A stretch of 64,000 bases of DNA from Raillietiella orientalis (GCA_036172245.1 JAYWIR010000045.1:930001-994000), one strand, 5' to 3'. Counted from the stretch's first letter, positions 49,162 to 62,950 are shown. The notes: generated by a model from the sequence alone, not told the origin. Made by a program: numbers and translations.

Positions 49162-52100
49162 GGGAAGCAGATGCTCTCTTCTTCCTCCTTCTCCTCTCCT
49201 CTCCCTCCTCTCCCCCCTTTCCATCTTCCCCACCCGCCTGCCTCCCCCTATCCACATGTAGGGGAATGAAGGGTACGTGCCCTTTCGAAACATCCGCGCA
49301 TGCATCCATAAGAATCCAAAGTCTTTATCTACCGTCATGTCAACACATTGCTCAATTGGTCCTTTATCTTGACCAGGAGAAAACGCTGCAGTGCCGGTGC
49401 ATGCGCTCACTCACACTCTCAACCCGAAACCTCCTTTTCTCTCCATTCCTCCCTCCTTCTCACCCACCACTCCGTAAACCAAACTCTTGAGAGGCTAGGG
49501 CCTCGACCATCACTTCCGGCAGACCCTTTCCTCTTCGTCTCTCTTTTCCTCCATCTGCGGAGTTCCTCTCTCTCCTTCCTACGAGCGTTGGCAGCGCTCC
49601 ACAAAACCAGGCGGGCAGGGAGTTGCAGCTGCCGTACCCAAGCATCAGTACTCCCTCCTTCCTGTCTCTTCAGAGGGTAGCGGGTCTGCTTCCAAGAGAC
49701 ATCCACTTGGATCGGGGCATCGTTCGTGCAGGAGGCAGAGCATCGGACTGTTGTTCATCGACGGATCGACGGAAGAAGGGAGAGGAGGGAGGGAGAAAGG
49801 GAAGGAAAAAGGAGAAAGCATGACGAGGATGCAGACGCAGCAACAGCTTCTTCCAGATGAATCTCTCCTGGGGTCGCCGGCGCTTCGCTCCACGTTGCAT
49901 CCCGATCCACTCTCGAGGGAAGAATCTCCCCCACCTTACCGGGGGCTGCGGCATGACGGACGCCAATCTCGCATCAGCGTGTCGTCTCTGCCTCTCGCGG
50001 CAGTCTCTGCCCTCTTATTCCCACGGAACGAAAGCACACGCGGCCTACGAAAGCACGAAAATAGGGGGAGGGTCTCCATCCCCGGGAATGGACAGAACAC
50101 ATTCTCTGGAGCGAGATAAGCACTCGGATCCGTGCAGGAGGATGAGTCCACGGCCGGGACGCGTCCACTCTCAAAAAAAGGAGGAGCGGGAGAAAGAGAT
50201 CTTGGTTGATCTGGCCTCTGGGAGTTCTCGAATCAGAGTCAATTCCTCTGATACGGGGGGAAACGTGAGGCTGAGGACGACAGCGCAAGCGGATCGGACA
50301 CAGAGCCCTCCGCTCCCCAAAATGGCAGGCAAGGAAAGAATGAGAGATGATGAGGGAGGCCGTATCGGTGCTGTGGTGCGGTGGGAGCGTGGATAAAGCT
50401 TAGAACGAGGACTTTTCAGGAGCTCTCCCGAAAGATGGGTACTCTGGAAGGTCAGACGGATGCAGGGACCCTGGGTAGGGAGGAACACAGAGGAAGATGG
50501 AGAGCCCGGTCAGGTTTCCGTTCGGCAGGGAATCTGCAACGACCCAAGGGACGAAAGCTGGAAGCGAAATCAAGGTCCAAGAGCAAGAATGAGGAAGAAA
50601 AAAGAGCTGGGGGGGGGGGGGGGGGAGAAGGCATTTCTCGAGGATGCACTCGGAACGGCGTCTGAGAAAATCCAACCCGGTGTGAGGTTCGCTAGAGGAG
50701 ACCTCACGTGTCCACTGCGACCGACGCCTTTAGTCAGAGTCTAAATCCGTGGGCACTCTTAATCCTTCGCAGGCAACGGAAAGCTGGGATGGGGATTCCA
50801 GTCGTTATCCGTGTCTGACCATACACGAAGGTAAGGGAAAACGGCGAAGCGTAGCACCCCTTGATTAGAAGATTAGGGGCCACGTATCATGTAACGCTTC
50901 CATCCCCCAAATGAAGCGGCCAATCAGTGCTTGCGGGAAAAACGTTCTCAGAGACGTTCCTCCCTAGGCAGATTTCCTTATTCTCAAACTTTTGCACTGA
51001 TCAAGAGGGGATGGGTGAGTACACGGAATGGGTGGGTAGTGGTGATCCACCATCACTTCCACCGCTCTCTCACTTGTTGCCTCGAACGACCGAAAGAGGA
51101 GCCCTCCGTCGCATGGCTACAAGGCCACGCAAGGTCCTTAATTCGCGGCCGATGCTTCAGCCGAAGAGAGGCTCCCTGGAAACAGGTCACGCAATGGCGC
51201 TGCTTCGAGAGCGGAACGCACCGGCCCCTTCCTGGTGATGCGCTTCTCCTCCCTGCGCCGCCGGATCTCTCTTACCGTTGTCCTCCCGCACCCCGCCGTT
51301 CCCCGGGCTAAGCGATCCCGAGAATACTGAGACGGGACACTCTCGTCGGCCGAGGGATGAAGCGTCAGCTGCCTTTCTTTCCTTCGCCTGGACTCCTGAG
51401 CCTCTAGGCAGCGGCTCCAAGGCGGGAGGCTGCGTCTGGAGCGGCAACTCGTGCCATGCTCGCTGCAGCGCCAACTCGGGCACGAGATCTGAGGGTGAGC
51501 GTGAAGAATGGGCTGGCTACAGGGCTCCAGCCCCTTCCGATCCTCCAGAGTTGTCTTCCGGTTACGGACGTGCGCCTCGCCGTGCTTCCGCAAAAAGCGA
51601 AGTTGGATGAGGATGCTGAATGCCCGCATCCCGGGATGCGCGCGAGTGGCTCCACCCTCGCCGCAAACCTCCAGCGCAGTCGGCCCGCGGGGTGGCGGGC
51701 GACCCATGCGACCGGAGAGATCGAGTCGCGCGCTCCGCATGCAGTAAAGCAATCACTGAAATTGGGAGTGCCCTCTCTTCTGGAGAGGCAGCGTGCCGCA
51801 AGGCATGACCTTCTCCGATCTTCTCGGACTTGGCTTTTCTAAGGTTTCTCTAGAGCGGAGGGTCCTAAGATCCCGGTGGATATCTCGGGAACACCCACTC
51901 TCGAGCACACAATTTCTTTTCTGTGTATCCTCCGTTCTGCTTCCTGGATCTCTGGTTTTTCGGATCGCAGCATCCCACGGTTTCCCTCGGCGAGTGCTGC
52001 TTTGGAGGCAAAGCTATGGGTCTATTTCGGATACTTATCCCCCCTTCTTTGCCTTGCCTCTCTTGCTGCTGAGGAGCACTCGTGGGGCAGGAGACGCCCA

Positions 52101-52299
52101 TCTTCTCTTCCTCCTGAAAGACGTGATCCGGCTCCAGCTTCGAATGTGTTCCTGAATAATTTAGTTGGCAGCTTCCAGCGCCAGGCGTTTCGGTCTGGGT
52201 CGCCAGCACGCCATGCGTCTCGCAACCATCGTCTGATTGTTGATACCCCTATTGAGAGGGCGGCGCGGTGGTTCTTCTTCTTCAGCCCCTCGTATGCGT

Positions 52300-52900
52300 A
52301 CCATTAGCGCAGTCTCTGACGAACCACACCGACCATCTTCCCCACTGGTGGGCCGCTTTGACCCATTTGGCAAAGTTCGTCTGGACTCCTTTCCGGTCCA
52401 CGTTATGGACCAAGTAGTCCGAGAGATGAAACTAATAAAGAAGTGCTCCGGAAGATGAGAAAGACGTGGTAAGTCACGTATACGGAAGGTGAGAAAGTTT
52501 GCCAAGAAGGAGATAATGCCGGGCACCATTAGGACTGCAGGCAGAGGATTCTCCACGGACGGAGAGGATCATGCGGCCGCGAGGGACCTCCGAAGAGAAA
52601 AAAATATGTGAAAAGCGAGGCCAGGCAATGTGTTCGGCCCCACAGAATGGAATATCACTCGCTTGTGGAACAGCATCCTGATCATGGAAAGGTTCGCTCC
52701 CAATCCAGCGAAGAAACAGATTAAACATAGCTGGAGCAGTGATCCAGTCGACGTCGAGTCTCTCCGTTTGGCACAAGCACTCGGTGCACCAAAAAAAAAA
52801 CCTTTTCCTATTAGTGATGGCTTCCTGCAACGGCTTGAAACGACCATGCCGAGGAAGATGAGAGCCGTGTCCTCTCCAACAGCAGCATTCCGTCTGCAGA
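52300..52900 (+). mobile_element. Probable Tc1/mariner transposase remnant
   Basis: VSDE (FSDES-like, ~52315), IMERFAPNPAKKQIKHSWS (WPxxSPDLNPIExxW-like) and FLQRLETTMPRKMRAV (LxxSMPRRxxAV C-terminal motif). No TIRs identified. Confidence 0.4.
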
Positions 52901-54056
52901 GGACCCCTGCCATCGAAGGAGGTGAGGCCTGGCTGCTGGCGAGCTTTTGCTCGAAAGGAGGAAAGTTTCCTCACGAGAACATTTTCGCGTAGCCATGGGA
53001 ACCGACTTTGTGGAAAGGGGATACACGTGTTTGGAGAATTGCGAACGCAAAAGGGGGGAAGGGATGGAGAGACAGAAGTGGGGTTTCTCGGGGAGCACCT
53101 CTTTCGCTGTGAGATCACTCGATCCGGAGACAGAAGCGTCTTCAAGTCGGCGCACGAGAGGATTCTTCGTGACCCACACCTCCGACGTGCGTGGTGTGCC
53201 TCAATGCCACCGAGGGAATCGATCTCTCCAGACCACCATCTGGGACTCTGTCACGTGGCTCGTCTGCCGATTTCCTCCCCCCCTCCTCCTCTCTCTCTTT
53301 CCTCTCCTCTCAGCTCCGCTCTTTCGCCCTCGCTCTCTCTCGCGTGCCCACGCCCTCCTTTGAAGGGTGAATCTGCGTCTGCCGTGCGTAGTGGCCAGGA
53401 GATCCGGTCACCACGTCTTCTTCCCTGCCAAAGACGAACTTTCCCAGGACAGAGGCTTTGATGTCAAAGGAGGATCCAGGAAATCCTGGAGTGAAAGAGA
53501 TGGAAGAATCTCATCCAGACAGGAACCGAGTCGGATCACATGTTCGCTGCATTTTCGTTCTTCGTGACCCCTGCTCTCACCTAAATACCACTCGCCCGGA
53601 GACTCTCAGGTTGCGTCGGGAGGAAGAAATCCTCCAAGATGTCCGAGGAGCTCGTCGTCTCAGGAACATGCCGGGAAGGTCCTCGCGATCGTTCCCCCCC
53701 CCCCCTTTCCCCCTTTCATCCACGGGTCGCGGTGCCGTCGGCTGCGAAACGCCCCCCTTTTCCTCCCCTTCCCTGTGCGAGCTCCGCATTGCACGGCACG
53801 CGCGCTCCCCGAATGGGCATTTCGCAGGGCTTTCCTCCGTCCTTGATCTCCCCCTGAGGAGAGGGAACGAAGCCGTGCGGCGGAAGTGCTCGGATAGATT
53901 CGATTCGGCTCGCACGAATCGATTGCGGCGGGGAGTCCTGCGGCTTGTCCTGCGTCTGTAATTCCGGGGTCTGCGCGCGCCTTCCCGAAAGCGCCGGGGG
54001 GAGACGCGTTCGCTGCAGAGCCCCGCCTCGGGAGTGTGTGTAGCGCGCGCCACATT

Positions 54057-54375
54057 GGCGGTCTTCGTGGGGCTTTAGCTTGGGTCGCGGGGTCAACACC
54101 ACCAGGCGGAAGTCGGCGCTCGTGCTGCTCACGCCGGTAAATTCCCCTTCCGTTCTCAGCTGATCCGGGTGTACTATCCGAGCGGCGCGCTCCCCCTGGT
54201 ACACCACCTGTCCTGGTACTCCGCCTTGGACACCGACTGTCCTTCGAAAGTATCTTCCGACTTCAGATGGTCCTTGTGCCGCTTCGGCAACTCCCAGCGC
54301 ACAGACATCTTGTAGTCCGAACGTCTGCTCATCGTCGTGGCCATCTCGTAATTCCGGAGCCAAATGATCAGGGCG
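54057..54375 (-). pseudogene. Second disrupted fragment of the SAXO/STOP-like repeat gene
   Basis: PDHLA/EMATTMSRRSDYKMSVRWELPKRHKDHLKSEDTFEGQSVSKAEY/GERAARIVHPDQLRTEGEFTGVSSTSADF, with frameshifts. The first ~100 nt are clearly homologous to 22070-22166. Confidence 0.65.
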
Positions 54376-55599
54376 TCCCATCTCTTCCTGCCCTCTCGCG
54401 GAAGACCAGACGACCCCTAGAGGCCCAGGAGCTGCAGATCGGGAAGGCGCAGGGCCTTCTGCGAGAACGGTGATCAGCGGCTCCCGAAACGCCACCGGAG
54501 ACGAAGGTGAGGCTGTGGTCGAAATCATCCTCCCTTCGGTACGGAGGCTCCGACGCCGACGCACGCGCACGGAAGCGCGAGCTGTCAGAGGAGAAAGCGG
54601 GACTCCCACATCGCTCGGAACGCACGGCCGCCGAGGTCTCCCCCGGCTGGAGCGAACCCGCGCAGCCTCCCTGTGCAGCAACGACGCTGCATTCCGTTGG
54701 GGCCGCCGCCTGTGCGCCGGCGCTGGCTTTCTGAGCCGTATCTGCCAGACTTCGTTCCGATCTGCGGTGAGTCGGCAGCAAGTCTCGGATCGAAAGGAAT
54801 TTCATCATCTCTATTAGAGTGGACCGTGTTGTTCGGACCAGACCAAGATAAGACCTGCTTTTCTTATTCATACGCAACGCTGGGACGAGGCAAGCAAACA
54901 TCTTCCTGGTGATAAATCGAAATTCCTCCTTGGAGCAAAAAAAGAGAGAAAATGATTTGCACATGGCCTCCATCTCTGCTTCCCTTTTTCTCCCTTCCCC
55001 TCAACCCTTTCACTTATGGACGGCTTTTAAACATCCAAGAAAAAGGAACTGATGAAGGTTGCGGCTTCAGGTGACGAATTCCGGTGCCTTCCAGCAGCCT
55101 CATAAAAGATGCAGTGCTGTTCGATGCTGCTGCCATGACGAAGATCACAGCTCTCCGAAACGAAGAAGGCAATATCGAAAAAGAACGAAGATCGCCTTTT
55201 TGTGTGTGTCTGCTCGGTCCAGGAAATTTACTCGATCTTACTGCCCCCTTCGCAATCTGGTAGCTCTGCGACTTTTAGTGCTATCCCTTCATTGTGGACG
55301 CCGTAGAACAAACGAGGGCTTGAGAATCTAAAACTCAGATTCTTTCACATCCTCGAGGGTTTTTGATCGAGCAACGAAGCAAAAGAATGGGCGCTCTAGA
55401 TTGCGATCAGGCACGATGAACAGCACCAAACAGCATCGGGCTCATGAACCCCCAAATGCCAACCGTCCCTTATCCACACATGCATGGTTGTTAAAACTCC
55501 TATTAACCACTCGTAGCTGAAACCAGCCACCAATAAGAGGCCACTGAAGAATGCAGTCAGAAACAACTTTTACAAAAGCAGAAAGGCAATCATCCATCT

Positions 55600-56800
55600 C
55601 AAAAGAACTCTTTGGACGCCTTTTCCCATATTAAGAAGCTGACTTTCCTCGTTCTTCTAATGTGGGCTCACATGAACCCACTGTTTGGTGAAAATGATGA
55701 TGCTGATGACGTCCAATATTGCCTGCAGTCCCTGGTGAATCTAGCATCAAAGATGCTTCATAGAGAGAGGGTAGCATTTCGCAAGGACTCGTGTCTCAGC
55801 AGAAAGCCTTTGGAACTTCAGTTCGAGAAGAACATCGTTCTGCCAACTCTAAACGTTGGCTAAGGTGTATGGCACGTCCTTTAGGATGCTTGCGCCTTAT
55901 GATAATCTCGCGATGTCTTCAGAAAACAGGAAATATCATCTGCTCCGGTCCATTGCAGTAACCGAAAATTGGCAGCTGCACCGAATTCTGTTTGCGCCAC
56001 CATCATCTCTCGAGAAAGGGCTGCATGTGGATGTTGGTACTCCTTGCTCCAAACAAACCCCCGTTCTTCCTTGCCGACCTCGGTTCGTGATCATGGAGGA
56101 CTGTTTCTTGCGTGGGTAAGGAGCAAGGGAGGAATTCTCACTCGCACCTGAAACTGCTCAGCAAACGAATTTTCGGGATTCACAGGAGGTGTCGGAAGGA
56201 CTGAGGTAGAAAAGCCATCCAAGGAGTTCATCGTTTAGGATACCGATGCAGTCGCTTCCTTTCCTGATCTCCTGGGTCTGCTATGCTTCCAGGGGCATTT
56301 TTCAAATCTTTGGATTTTACACCTTTGGAAAGATCAATCTTGTACGAACCGGGCATCGTACTGTTGTGGGTTCAAGATGAATTTTCCTGTGGCATCCTTT
56401 ACTTTAATAACAAGGAATCTGCACTGGCGAACCCGATTACTGTCTGGGAACAGAAAAGACAGGTTGTACCGAATATTCGTACCAAATTCTGTGCTTTTTA
56501 GCAAAACAGTCTGCTTCATTACTTATCCACCTTCAACAATAAGGGAATGTGGACCGAGTTGAGTTCTGCTGGCCTCTGAAAGTCGTCTTCTTTTGTTCTA
56601 TAACAGGGAACTGAATCTTCTGCAAGAGATTTTCCCTCTCGTAACTTTGCCCAATGGTGAAAACCGAATTGCATCGTGCTGACTGGGTCTTTCCTCTCCG
56701 AGCATTGAGTTGCACATCCGATGCACGAGTTAAAATACCTTCAAGCGTCAAGCGGCTCCTTTTTCTCTCACTTTCATCGGTCTGCACCTTGATCTCCGCG
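55600..56800 (-). mobile_element. Degenerate LINE RT region
   Basis: KNAPGS (KAPGxDG-like, ~56290), ERGFV (~56060) and KCYPLS (~55770), in RT order downstream of the APE block. Confidence 0.35.
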
Positions 56801-56814
56801 TCTAGTGCCTCCAG

Positions 56815-57238
56815 CCTCCCGGCAAACGCCACGCCCTGGATGGCGGTCCCTTGTCGCAAGGGCATAACTCGAAATTTAACCGGGAATGGTCCGACAGTGT
56901 CGATGGCAATTTGCCTCGTTTGCCAACCCATGGGCACAGGTCGCCGTCGAGGAAAACGTGGTCGATGCTGAGGACCATTCTTTCTACGTCCGGTAACAAG
57001 TTGAGCGCTCGCATGGAGGAGCATAACTGGTTCATCGCGTTCCCTTGTGCTCCGGGCTGATCTGAGAGAAGGAGAGATTGAAATCTCCTGCTATGAGATG
57101 AGCCTTTCGCACGTCCGTTTCCACCAGCCAGTCGCGCTTCAAGGTTTCGAACAACGCATTCCGTTCCTGGTACCCCTGTTTACCGCTGGGAGCGTACAGT
57201 TTGTGACGATGAGGTCGATCGAGTCGGACCATCTGAGA
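56815..57238 (-). mobile_element. LINE apurinic-like endonuclease fragment
   Basis: LYAPS...ERNALFETL...LIAGDFN, then SIDHVFL...LSDHSRL...AWRL: canonical APE motifs across frameshifts. Confidence 0.8.
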
Positions 57239-57281
57239 GTCTAGTGCCTCCAGTGACCATGAACCACAGGCATTCTCTCTT

Positions 57282-57327
57282 TTTTTTTTTTAAGAGATCT
57301 CGTCCTAGAGATCTCTTAAAAAAAAAA
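57282..57327. repeat. Perfect 20-bp inverted repeat with a 6-nt loop
   Basis: TTTTTTTTTTAAGAGATCTC-gtccta-GAGATCTCTTAAAAAAAAAA. Confidence 0.95.
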
Positions 57328-58799
57328 GGACGACTTGTCATAAAAGTCAGTGAATGCAGAAATTATCTTTCCCTGTAGAACTCTCTGCTGCTATCAGATA
57401 GATGTGAAACAACAGACGGACTTGAATGATATGAATTGGATTAATGGGTTTCAGGCACATTCTGTCCGCTGTAAACATCTCTCTGATTCCAGTTCGGTGG
57501 GTTGATGTTTTGAAGGATATTCCTCGTTTTAAGCCGAGTCCCAGTGCACGAAATGCCTCCATGTAACCTTCTTGAACTTTTTATTCAAACCATGACCACG
57601 TTCAATCTTCCGCACGTTATTCATCTTGTCCAAGAGAAACCACCTTCACATCAAGCAGAAGAATTAAACCACTGATCAAAAGAAAAGGCGGGTTCACACT
57701 ATGAAGCAAGGAATTTGAAAAAAATCAAAAGACTGCCGTAAGAAGATCAGAGAATAATACGGAAACAAGGAAAACTCGAACTTTTTTTCCAGCAGAAATA
57801 CTGAGAGTTCGGAAATAACAAGGAAGAACTCTTTTTCGAAAGGTTTCCGGATTCTGATTATGAGGGATGAATATAATCTGCTCTCTTTGCAGCTTCCTCC
57901 GACGAGAATGGGAGCTCCTAATCACGACTCCTCTTCACCTCTTCCCCGTTCACTCCCAGGGATCCTAGAGCCAGTTCAGCTCATTTGGATCCTGGGATTC
58001 CGAAATGATACTGTTATGAAAGAGATGGAAACTCCCAGAATATACTCGAGGCATATCTGTTTACTAAGTGAAAGGAGGGGTTACATAAAATGAAAGATCT
58101 TTACAATTTTTATCTTCTTCATTCTTATCATTGGACCAACATCCAACACACTGTGGACATCTACTGAACGCACCGGCTAGGACACACCCTTCAATCGACC
58201 AAGCTTCAAGCGACCCACCTTGTTGAATTTGTTTCCAGGAAAAGCTCAACGATGTTCTCCACACAACGGACCCACACAACTCTAGAACTCGAAAAAAAAA
58301 AAAAAGCCTACGACAATCCCCTGGTCAAGCGGAAGATTGGGAGATTCCAATCGCGGAGGTGAACCTTCGCGACAAAGTTCCCTTACCTCAACAAGGAACA
58401 CCTACCCCCAAACCCCCTTGAACATTCGTCTAGAATCAGTCCACGGCCACCAAACTGGGTAAGGCTGAGGAACTGGTGGAAGCTGTAGAAAATTCTTTTT
58501 ATTTGTTTCTGTAATGCTGAATCTTTGGAAAACATCATCTTGTACCAAACTCTGACCAATCTGTATTGCTTTTTGTGTTCACTATAGGGAATCATTGAGT
58601 GCGTACTGGAACATTCTCCTACTCATATAATCAGATAATGCAAACACGCATTCCTGCCTCGGATCTGCCCTTTTGTTTGAGGTTCCGCTGATGCTCCCAT
58701 TTCTTGCAGCATGCAAAGTGAACTCAACCCATCAGTGTGGCGGTTTTTTTTCCCCTTGGAATAACGGAGACTCCTCAGAGTGGACTTGTCCAAAGAGCA

Positions 58800-60300
58800 C
58801 ATTTGGAACTTTGAGTTTTCAAACTCTTCCGGCTCACGGAACGCTTGGCTTTTACTTTTCTAGGCTTTGGACGCTTCCTTTTCGACTGAATGCCCTCACA
58901 TTAACACTTCCATTGCCGACGTTCCAGATTGTGCATTCAGAAGGCTGCATCAGAGCTCGGTACCTTCGGTCCAGCTTTCGAGATCTCTCCTTGCTAGCCA
59001 GAGAATCCATCCAATCGTATATTGAGGAACTGCGGCACCCACGACGATGTCTCCGGATAAAAAAATCAACCCTTAGATTTGTTGTCCCAGCACTTTTCTC
59101 TTTTCGAACACTAATCTTAATGAATGGGTGCTTCCGAGTCTTCAGAGGCACTGCTTTTTTTTCTTGCAATGGTGTTGGGAACTTTTCATCTATTCTCCGA
59201 ATGGTGCAGAAAAAAGCGACTGGTCCAACGAGGACTCCGTTCACGCATCTTGTCTGGATGCTGATTCATCCTTGCTACCTTCCGGCCCAGCGATTCCTTT
59301 ACTGAGGAGTTACTTTCTGCCGCTAACAGACTATCCCTTTGGTAAAAACGATCTGGATCTAAATTCCGAGTTTAATTCCTTCTGAATGTCTGTCGGAGAA
59401 GCACCTCCTCCACCTTAGTACAAGGTCATCCTTGTGGCTGCTTTACACTCGATATTCGCCCTGTATGCTTGCTGCCTACAGCGCTTCGTTTCTCCTGATG
59501 AATTCTGATGCCTGTCCTTCTGACTCAAAGGACAGTGGCGACAGGTAGCCGAAAAAATGAGAGGAAAGCGCACCCAAGAAAAACAGTACGAGTTTGATAT
59601 TCCCTGTTAATGGGGGCAACCCAAAGAAATCAAGGAATTCAAACGTCAGGGTCTCTGAGAGAGTGTCGCTAAGCCACTGCAGTACCTGAGGTGGAAAAAG
59701 GAAGTTTCAAAAAGACGGATCTAATAGAATCTGGCGTATCAACCCTTTCCAGAAAAATCCAATGTTCCCGAGGCGATGATGATCAAAGGAATAAGCTCAG
59801 GAAGACGCAAACAAAATCTTTTGGAATAACATCCCAGAGAATCTCTTAACCCGAAGAAACATACGTAATTAAATATCCATCCTCTCACAGGCATGAATCA
59901 TCAAGCCCAAGCTGATGCTTAGCCATACTTGCAATATTTCTGGATGCTCTCTGAGGGCCAGAGTGGCCGAGTTTGCAACCCTTCTTGGTTCAATCGGGAT
60001 GGAAGAATGTTTAGCGTCTGATGGATCGTTCGTGTTTCCGTTTCCATTTCGAGGTTCTACACACGCCACATGCAGTGGAGGGATATTGGTGCTTGTGTTT
60101 AAAAATGGTATATCGGAGAGTATAGCCAATAGCGGCGAGCTTTCGAGATCGTCTTCCTTTCTGACTTTACTACCCATTTTCTCCTCCTCTTGAGACCACA
60201 CCCTGGAGAGGGTTTCTTCATTTCGGCCGATGACCCAACCTCTTTTTTCTGTAGCCCTTTCTGGAGTAGAATATGTATAACGCATATGATGAGTGTCTCC
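58800..60300 (-). mobile_element. Possible LINE ORF1 / APE start remnant
   Basis: ILSDIPF (~60115) and SVNVRAF (APE N-terminal NVRG-like, ~58895). Weak. Confidence 0.25.
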
Positions 60301-62649
60301 CGTGCAGGTGGTGAATTCGGTAGAGCATATCTGTAATCGAGTAATTCTGAGTCTCCTCCGTCAAACAAGAATGCGCTGATGCACGCTGCTGTCTCACACA
60401 GGACGTGTTTGTGGTCTAGGTGTGATGGAAAACCATTCAAAAGCCTCTGAATGCCTGGAATGCTTCATTCTTTCTCTGCACAGCAAAGTGAGTCCTCGCA
60501 GAAAGCTACCTGACCCCTCATCTTTCGGAGTACCTTTCCTCCTCGCTGGTCTGCAGCTAGAGTACCCAAGCATGGGGAACGAAATCCTCTTGCAGGCAAA
60601 AAACAAGAATCAAAAAAGGGAGGCAGGATCTGAGCTGTTCGTTTTCGTCTTTGTCTCCGACGTCCATCTGCATCTCCCTCCTGTCAGCCTCACAAGGTGC
60701 CTCTTTGAACCGAAGAGATGAAAATTTTTTTCTTGTTCTTCTTGCATTCTGCTTGCCCCCATGTTGCCTTTTTCCTTATTGCTGGCATCATCTATTCCAA
60801 GTATCTTTCAGGAGGAACTCCGGCGTTCCCTTTACGCAGCAGAGGTTTTCTACTGAAGGATGGACTTCTTTGTAGAGGTACTCTTTCCTTTTCTATCACT
60901 GTTCTCTTCGATACCAAATGAGGAAACTTATGGTTTTCAAGTGTGTTTCTTCATCTTTCATTAGAATCAGGTTGTTTTCTTAAGGAATAAGTTCTTTTTC
61001 TTTTTTTTCAGGGAGAATTGGAGAACAGGAGGAGGATGAAGAAGAGCATGGATTCATACCAGACTGGATGGATGAAGCTCGAATGTCAAAACTCCAGTTT
61101 CATTCTTTCGCTTTAACAAATAAGCTATGCATCCTTCGTCCCGTGCGCCCCGTCGTCGCAGAAGAATTTCCGGAGAACCGATGAAACTCCAGACAGGTCG
61201 CGCATTCTTCCTCTCGCAACAGCACAGAAAAAGCTGCTGGTCTCCCTAGCCGCAACTAGATACAATAAGGCGAGTTTTTAATGCGTCTTGTTTACCTTAC
61301 AACCGAGCAAATTGCATCACTGCCGGGTAGTGAAGCCTTCAAGGTCATTGAGCATACTCTGAAGATTCCTTTTTGTTTACTGTTCTTCGAAGCATTGTCT
61401 CCAGGATCTCCGAATTTATCGGCAATTCTTCAAAACGATACCTGGATTCGAAGGTACTCGGTTTACAGGGCAATACAGGTCCCCCCTTTTGGGTTGCTAT
61501 TGGGAAACCTGAGTATCTGGATCGAACTCCGTTGTGCCTGTTTTGCGGGCTTTCGGCTCTTCGTTTTTCGAACTCTCAGTCGCTTTGCTATCTCTGACCC
61601 CATCTGGGCTTGTCCGACTCGCTCTCCCCTTCAGATCATAAGGCACCTCTCCCCATTCTTATACAGGGGATGCGGAACGAGATCCCTCCCTATCGCCGAC
61701 TTGATCGAGAGTAAAGCACGCGACCATCAGGCGAGATCGCATCATCCTGCTCTCTGCTCTCCAGCATCCTCTGCTTCGTTCAAGTCCCCAGAATCCAAAG
61801 AGAAGCAAAGGCACGAGACGGGAAAGATCACGACAGTATGTTTGCACTGAAAGTCCTGATCACCTGCAGGCGAAGGGACCTGCTTCCCGAAGGAACAGGA
61901 AAGCGTAGGGAGTGAGCGAGGAATTCGCCCAACTCCACACGGCACCTGCTTTCCACAGCACTTGCTGTGGTTCCCTTGGAGATCCTTCCTCGATCTTTCT
62001 GTGCCTACCCTAATTTGGCGTCTCCTCCCTCTTTCCGAGCCGAACTCGACAAGCCGTCAGAGCGGAGCGTTTCTACCGTCCCGGGAAAACTTCCGTGTCG
62101 GAAGCGGCCATTTTCTCTTAATTTTCAGGGGGAGTTGGGACAATGACTAGAATCAGCAGGACTCCCCACCGTGAGCACACCCACTAGCGGGGTGAGTTCC
62201 ACTCGAATTGGTCGGCTTGACGATCGCCGGAGAACATCAGTGAGAGCGCACCCTTCCCGGAAACATGCGCCTTTCCAAGAGCGAGAGGTCCACGCCCATC
62301 ATGAGAGACCGTGATCCACGGAAATCCCCAAGCTATGTCCAAGAGGTAGCTTCCATTCCCCTAGAGGTTTCCACTGCTACTTGGCCTCTCTTTCCCCGGG
62401 AAAAGCGTTCTCTCGGGGCAGGATGCTGAGGAAGGATTCTCACTACTCCGGATCCGGCAGAGAAGCGCTAGGTATCCAAGAAAACTTCTCCCTCTGAGAG
62501 AACTCGTAACTCTCCAAAGTGGGGAAGCTTCCAGGAAGGTGGCAGACGGGTTCATGGACCGTATCTGCAGACCGTTCGCTCACAATCACGAGCACCTGCA
62601 CCATTGCGGTGGAAGATGAGAGTTCAGACTCCTCCCCTAAACCCGGGGA

Positions 62650-62950
62650 TCACATTCGCGCTTTTCTTCTAAAGATCTCTGATGCTAATTGCATCTACGT
62701 TTCGCATCAGCGTGAAGAAACAAGATGTATGTGTCCGTCTTGGCTCGAAGACCCTCATCCAAAGACATGCTCTAGTTGTGAGGAAAACTGCTGTCAAGAA
62801 ATTATTCCATCGGAAGGTGTCCAACACAAAATCTGACGCAAACCGCGAGCATGGCTCGAAGATCCTGCTTCCTTGACCCCTGGAGATATGATGTACAGGT
62901 TCCAGAATTCCACACCTTGGAGTCCTTGCAGCGAGCAGGAAAAGCAAACA
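62650..62950 (-). mobile_element. Possible LINE ORF2 C-terminal remnant
   Basis: PRCGILEPVHHI (zinc-binding-like) followed by TRACLWMR (xxIWxxR-like). Confidence 0.3.

Noticed and set aside
50609..50625. Poly-G run (and poly-C run near 53693-53705)
   Set aside because: Simple homopolymers with no supporting context.
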